A DNA stretch of 46,108 bases from an uncultured Bacilli bacterium (GTDB lineage Bacteria; Bacillota_I; Bacilli_A; RF39; UBA660). Shown piece by piece: positions 43,718-46,108 of this stretch (positions within the stretch are counted from its first letter, which is position 1; each line of letters opens with the position of its first letter). The stretch covers positions 1 to 46,108 of the forward strand of contig CAKOIB010000001.1 in NCBI GenBank assembly GCA_934086255.1, given 5' to 3'. The notes under the pieces were generated by a model that was given only the letters and a program-made list of their open reading frames with translations, searched no databases and had not been told where the DNA came from. The position numbers and the translations under genes are program-made.

Positions 43718-45787
43718 ATGGCTAGAGGAACAAGTTTAGATAAAACAAGAAACTTTGGTATAATGGCACATATCGATGCCGGAAAAACAACAGCTACAGA
43801 ACGTATCTTATACCATACGAAAAAAATCCATAAAATTGGTGAAACTCATGATGGAGCTTCTCAAATGGACTGGATGGAACAAGAAAAAGAACGTGGAATT
43901 ACAATAACAAGTGCAGCAACAACAGCATTCTGGAAAGGATATAGATACAATATCATCGATACTCCAGGACACGTAGACTTCACAGTAGAAGTACAACGTA
44001 GCTTAAGAGTACTAGATGGTGCAGTACTATTACTAGATTCAAATGCCGGAGTTGAACCACAAAGTGAAACTGTTTGGAGACAAGCAAATGAATACCACGT
44101 ACCAAGAATTATCTTCTCAAATAAAATGGATAAACTTGGAGCAGACTTCTACATGAGTTTACAAAGTGTAAAAGATCGTCTAGGAGCAAACACTGCTGCT
44201 ATTGAACTTCCAATCGGAGCAGAATCAGACTTCAACGGAGTAATAGATCTTATCACTAGAAAAGCTTATCATTTCGATGGAAATGCTGATGAAAACTATA
44301 CTGAAATAGAAATACCAGCAGACATGACTGATAAAGTAGAAGAATATAGAACAGCTCTACTTGAAGCAATCGCAGAATTCGATGATGAACTAATGGAAAA
44401 ATACCTTGAAGGAGAAGAAGTTTCTATTGAATTAATCAAAAAAGCAATAAGAAACGGAGTACTACAAGCTAAATTCTTCCCATTCATGTGTGGTACAGCA
44501 TTAGGAAACAAAGGAGTTAAATTATTACTAGATGCAATAATTGACTACTTACCATCACCGCTTGATATTCCATCAGTAAAAGGAACTAACCTAAAAGGAG
44601 AACCTGATGAAAGACATCCATCAGATTCAGAACCATTTAGTGCCTTAGCATTTAAAGTAATGACAGACCCATTCGTTGGACGTTTAACATTCTTTAGAGT
44701 TTACTCAGGACATCTATCAAGTGGATCATATGTACTAAACAGTACAAAAGATGCAAAAGAAAGAGTAGGACGTATTCTACAAATGCATGCTAATGATAGA
44801 ACTGAAATATCTGAAGTATATGCCGGTGATATCGCTGCAGCAGTAGGATTAAAAAATACAACAACTGGAGATACTTTATGTGATGAAAAGAAACCAATTA
44901 TTCTTGAATCAATCGAAGTACCAGATCCAGTAATCGAACTTGCTATTGAACCAAAATCAAAAGCAGACCAAGATAAAATGGCAATCGCTCTTCAAAAACT
45001 AGCAGAAGAAGATCCAACTTTCAGAGTACATACTGATACTGAAACTGGACAAACTATCATTGCTGGTATCGGAGAACTTCACTTAGACGTATTAGTAGAT
45101 CGTATGAGAAGAGAATTCCACGTTGAAGCAAATGTTGGTAAACCTCAAGTAGCATACAGAGAAACAATTACACAAACAGGTGAATGTGAAGGTAAATACA
45201 TTAAACAATCTGGTGGACGTGGACAATACGGACATGTATGGATTAAATTCGAACCAAATCCAGATAAAGGATACGAATTCGTTGATGCTATCGTTGGTGG
45301 TGTAGTACCAAGAGAATACATTCCAGTAACTGATAAAGGTCTACAAGATGCACTACAAACTGGTGTATTAGCGGGATACCCAATGATCGATGTAAAAGCA
45401 ACATTATTCGATGGTTCATACCATGATGTCGATTCATCAGAAATGGCATTCAAAATTGCAGCATCAATGGCTTTAAAAGAAGCTAAAAACAAATGTAAAC
45501 CTGTAATTCTTGAACCAATCATGAAAGTAGACATCGTTGTACCAGAAGAATATCTAGGAAATGTAATGGGAGACATCACTGCAAGACGTGGTAAACCATT
45601 ATCGCAAGAATCACGTGGAAATGCAATCGCATTCGAAGCAATGGTTCCACTATCAGAAATGTTTGGATATGCAACAAGCATTAGATCAAACACACAAGGA
45701 AGAGGAACTTTCCAAATGATCCCAGATCATTATGAAGAAGTGCCAAAAAATATTGCCGAAGAAATAATTAAAAAAAGCGGTAATTAA
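43718..45787 (+). CDS. fusA: Elongation factor G
   Basis: [33 protein letters not shown] and NKMD. ATG 43718 follows GGGAGGA, so the track start 43610 is an out-of-gene extension overlapping rpsG. Confidence 0.95.
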   Translation: MARGTSLDKTRNFGIMAHIDAGKTTATERILYHTKKIHKIGETHDGASQMDWMEQEKERGITITSAATTAFWKGYRYNIIDTPGHVDFTVEVQRSLRVLDGAVLLLDSNAGVEPQSETVWRQANEYHVPRIIFSNKMDKLGADFYMSLQSVKDRLGANTAAIELPIGAESDFNGVIDLITRKAYHFDGNADENYTEIEIPADMTDKVEEYRTALLEAIAEFDDELMEKYLEGEEVSIELIKKAIRNGVLQAKFFPFMCGTALGNKGVKLLLDAIIDYLPSPLDIPSVKGTNLKGEPDERHPSDSEPFSALAFKVMTDPFVGRLTFFRVYSGHLSSGSYVLNSTKDAKERVGRILQMHANDRTEISEVYAGDIAAAVGLKNTTTGDTLCDEKKPIILESIEVPDPVIELAIEPKSKADQDKMAIALQKLAEEDPTFRVHTDTETGQTIIAGIGELHLDVLVDRMRREFHVEANVGKPQVAYRETITQTGECEGKYIKQSGGRGQYGHVWIKFEPNPDKGYEFVDAIVGGVVPREYIPVTDKGLQDALQTGVLAGYPMIDVKATLFDGSYHDVDSSEMAFKIAASMALKEAKNKCKPVILEPIMKVDIVVPEEYLGNVMGDITARRGKPLSQESRGNAIAFEAMVPLSEMFGYATSIRSNTQGRGTFQMIPDHYEEVPKNIAEEIIKKSGN

Positions 45788-45869
45788 TAAAAAAATAGGT
45801 CAAAACAGTTGAAAAATTTTCAATTGTTAGATACAATTATAATGTAATTTCAAAAAGGAGGAAAAAATT

Positions 45870-46108
45870 ATGGCAAAAGAAAAATTTAACCGTAGTAAAC
45901 CACACGTTAACATTGGTACAATTGGTCACGTAGACCACGGTAAAACTACATTAACTGCTGCTATTACAAGTGTATTAGCAAAAAAAGGTGGAGCACAATT
46001 CGTTGATTATGCAAATATCGATAAAGCTCCAGAAGAAAGAGAAAGAGGTATTACAATTAATACTGCTCACGTTGAGTATGAAACTGACAAACGTCACTAT
46101 GCTCACGT
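45870..46108 (+). CDS. tuf: Elongation factor Tu (N-terminal 79 aa; 3' end beyond window)
   Basis: [33 protein letters not shown]...[30 protein letters not shown]. Confidence 0.95.
   Translation, partial: MAKEKFNRSKPHVNIGTIGHVDHGKTTLTAAITSVLAKKGGAQFVDYANIDKAPEERERGITINTAHVEYETDKRHYAH

Noticed and set aside
45803-45828. Hairpin aacagttgaaaa/ttttcaattgtt after fusA as terminator, and a tuf internal promoter
   Set aside because: The loop would be about 1 nt and no U-tract follows. A TATAAT exists at 45838-45843 but has no acceptable -35 at 16-18 nt, so the evidence is too weak to call either feature.

Overview
Very AT-rich, purine-skewed 46.1-kb chromosomal segment from a low-GC, endospore-forming Bacillota. 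Gene order and the sporulation markers look Bacilli/Erysipelotrichia-like, but the taxon is not determinable here. All of the roughly 47 credible CDS lie on the + strand, and every minus-strand ORF in the track looks like an antisense shadow. Most content is housekeeping: cotE-like (partial), dusB, rpiB, spoIIQ-like M23 protein, mbl/mreB, tagO-like GT4, csp, hpf, folD, uvrB, pssA, murA, rpmE, lysS, clpC, gltX, cysS, mrnC, rlmB, sigH, uvrA, lgt, a trxB-like gene, valS, and rpsL-rpsG-fusA-tuf (tuf partial). Two T-box leaders precede lysS and valS, and many Rho-independent terminators and extended -10 promoters are readable. The best candidate for an undescribed system is the compact island at about 5.65-8.04 kb, between tagO and csp. 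In order it holds phased A-tracts, a roughly 6-TM membrane protein, and an un-called 29-aa cationic peptide ORF with a strong SD followed by a perfect 13-bp hairpin. Then come a short membrane protein with an AgrB-like R..G..H-x6-C motif, a sigma-region-4-like mini-HTH protein, and a LytTR regulator whose receiver domain looks phosphorylation-dead. No histidine kinase occurs anywhere in the window, so this would be a kinase-less agr-like peptide module. Other orphan content: a two-gene operon of large envelope-anchored proteins (15.4-18.8 kb) with a Cys-bracketed tandem repeat; a kinase-C-lobe-like pseudokinase plus a Q/N-rich tail-anchored protein downstream of sigH; a thioredoxin-reductase-like protein lacking the HRRxxxR NADPH motif; an internally duplicated 258-aa protein; and a Pro-to-Ile change at the conserved streptomycin-phenotype Pro of ribosomal protein S12. 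All homology statements come from by-eye comparison with remembered family motifs. No searches or computations were run.
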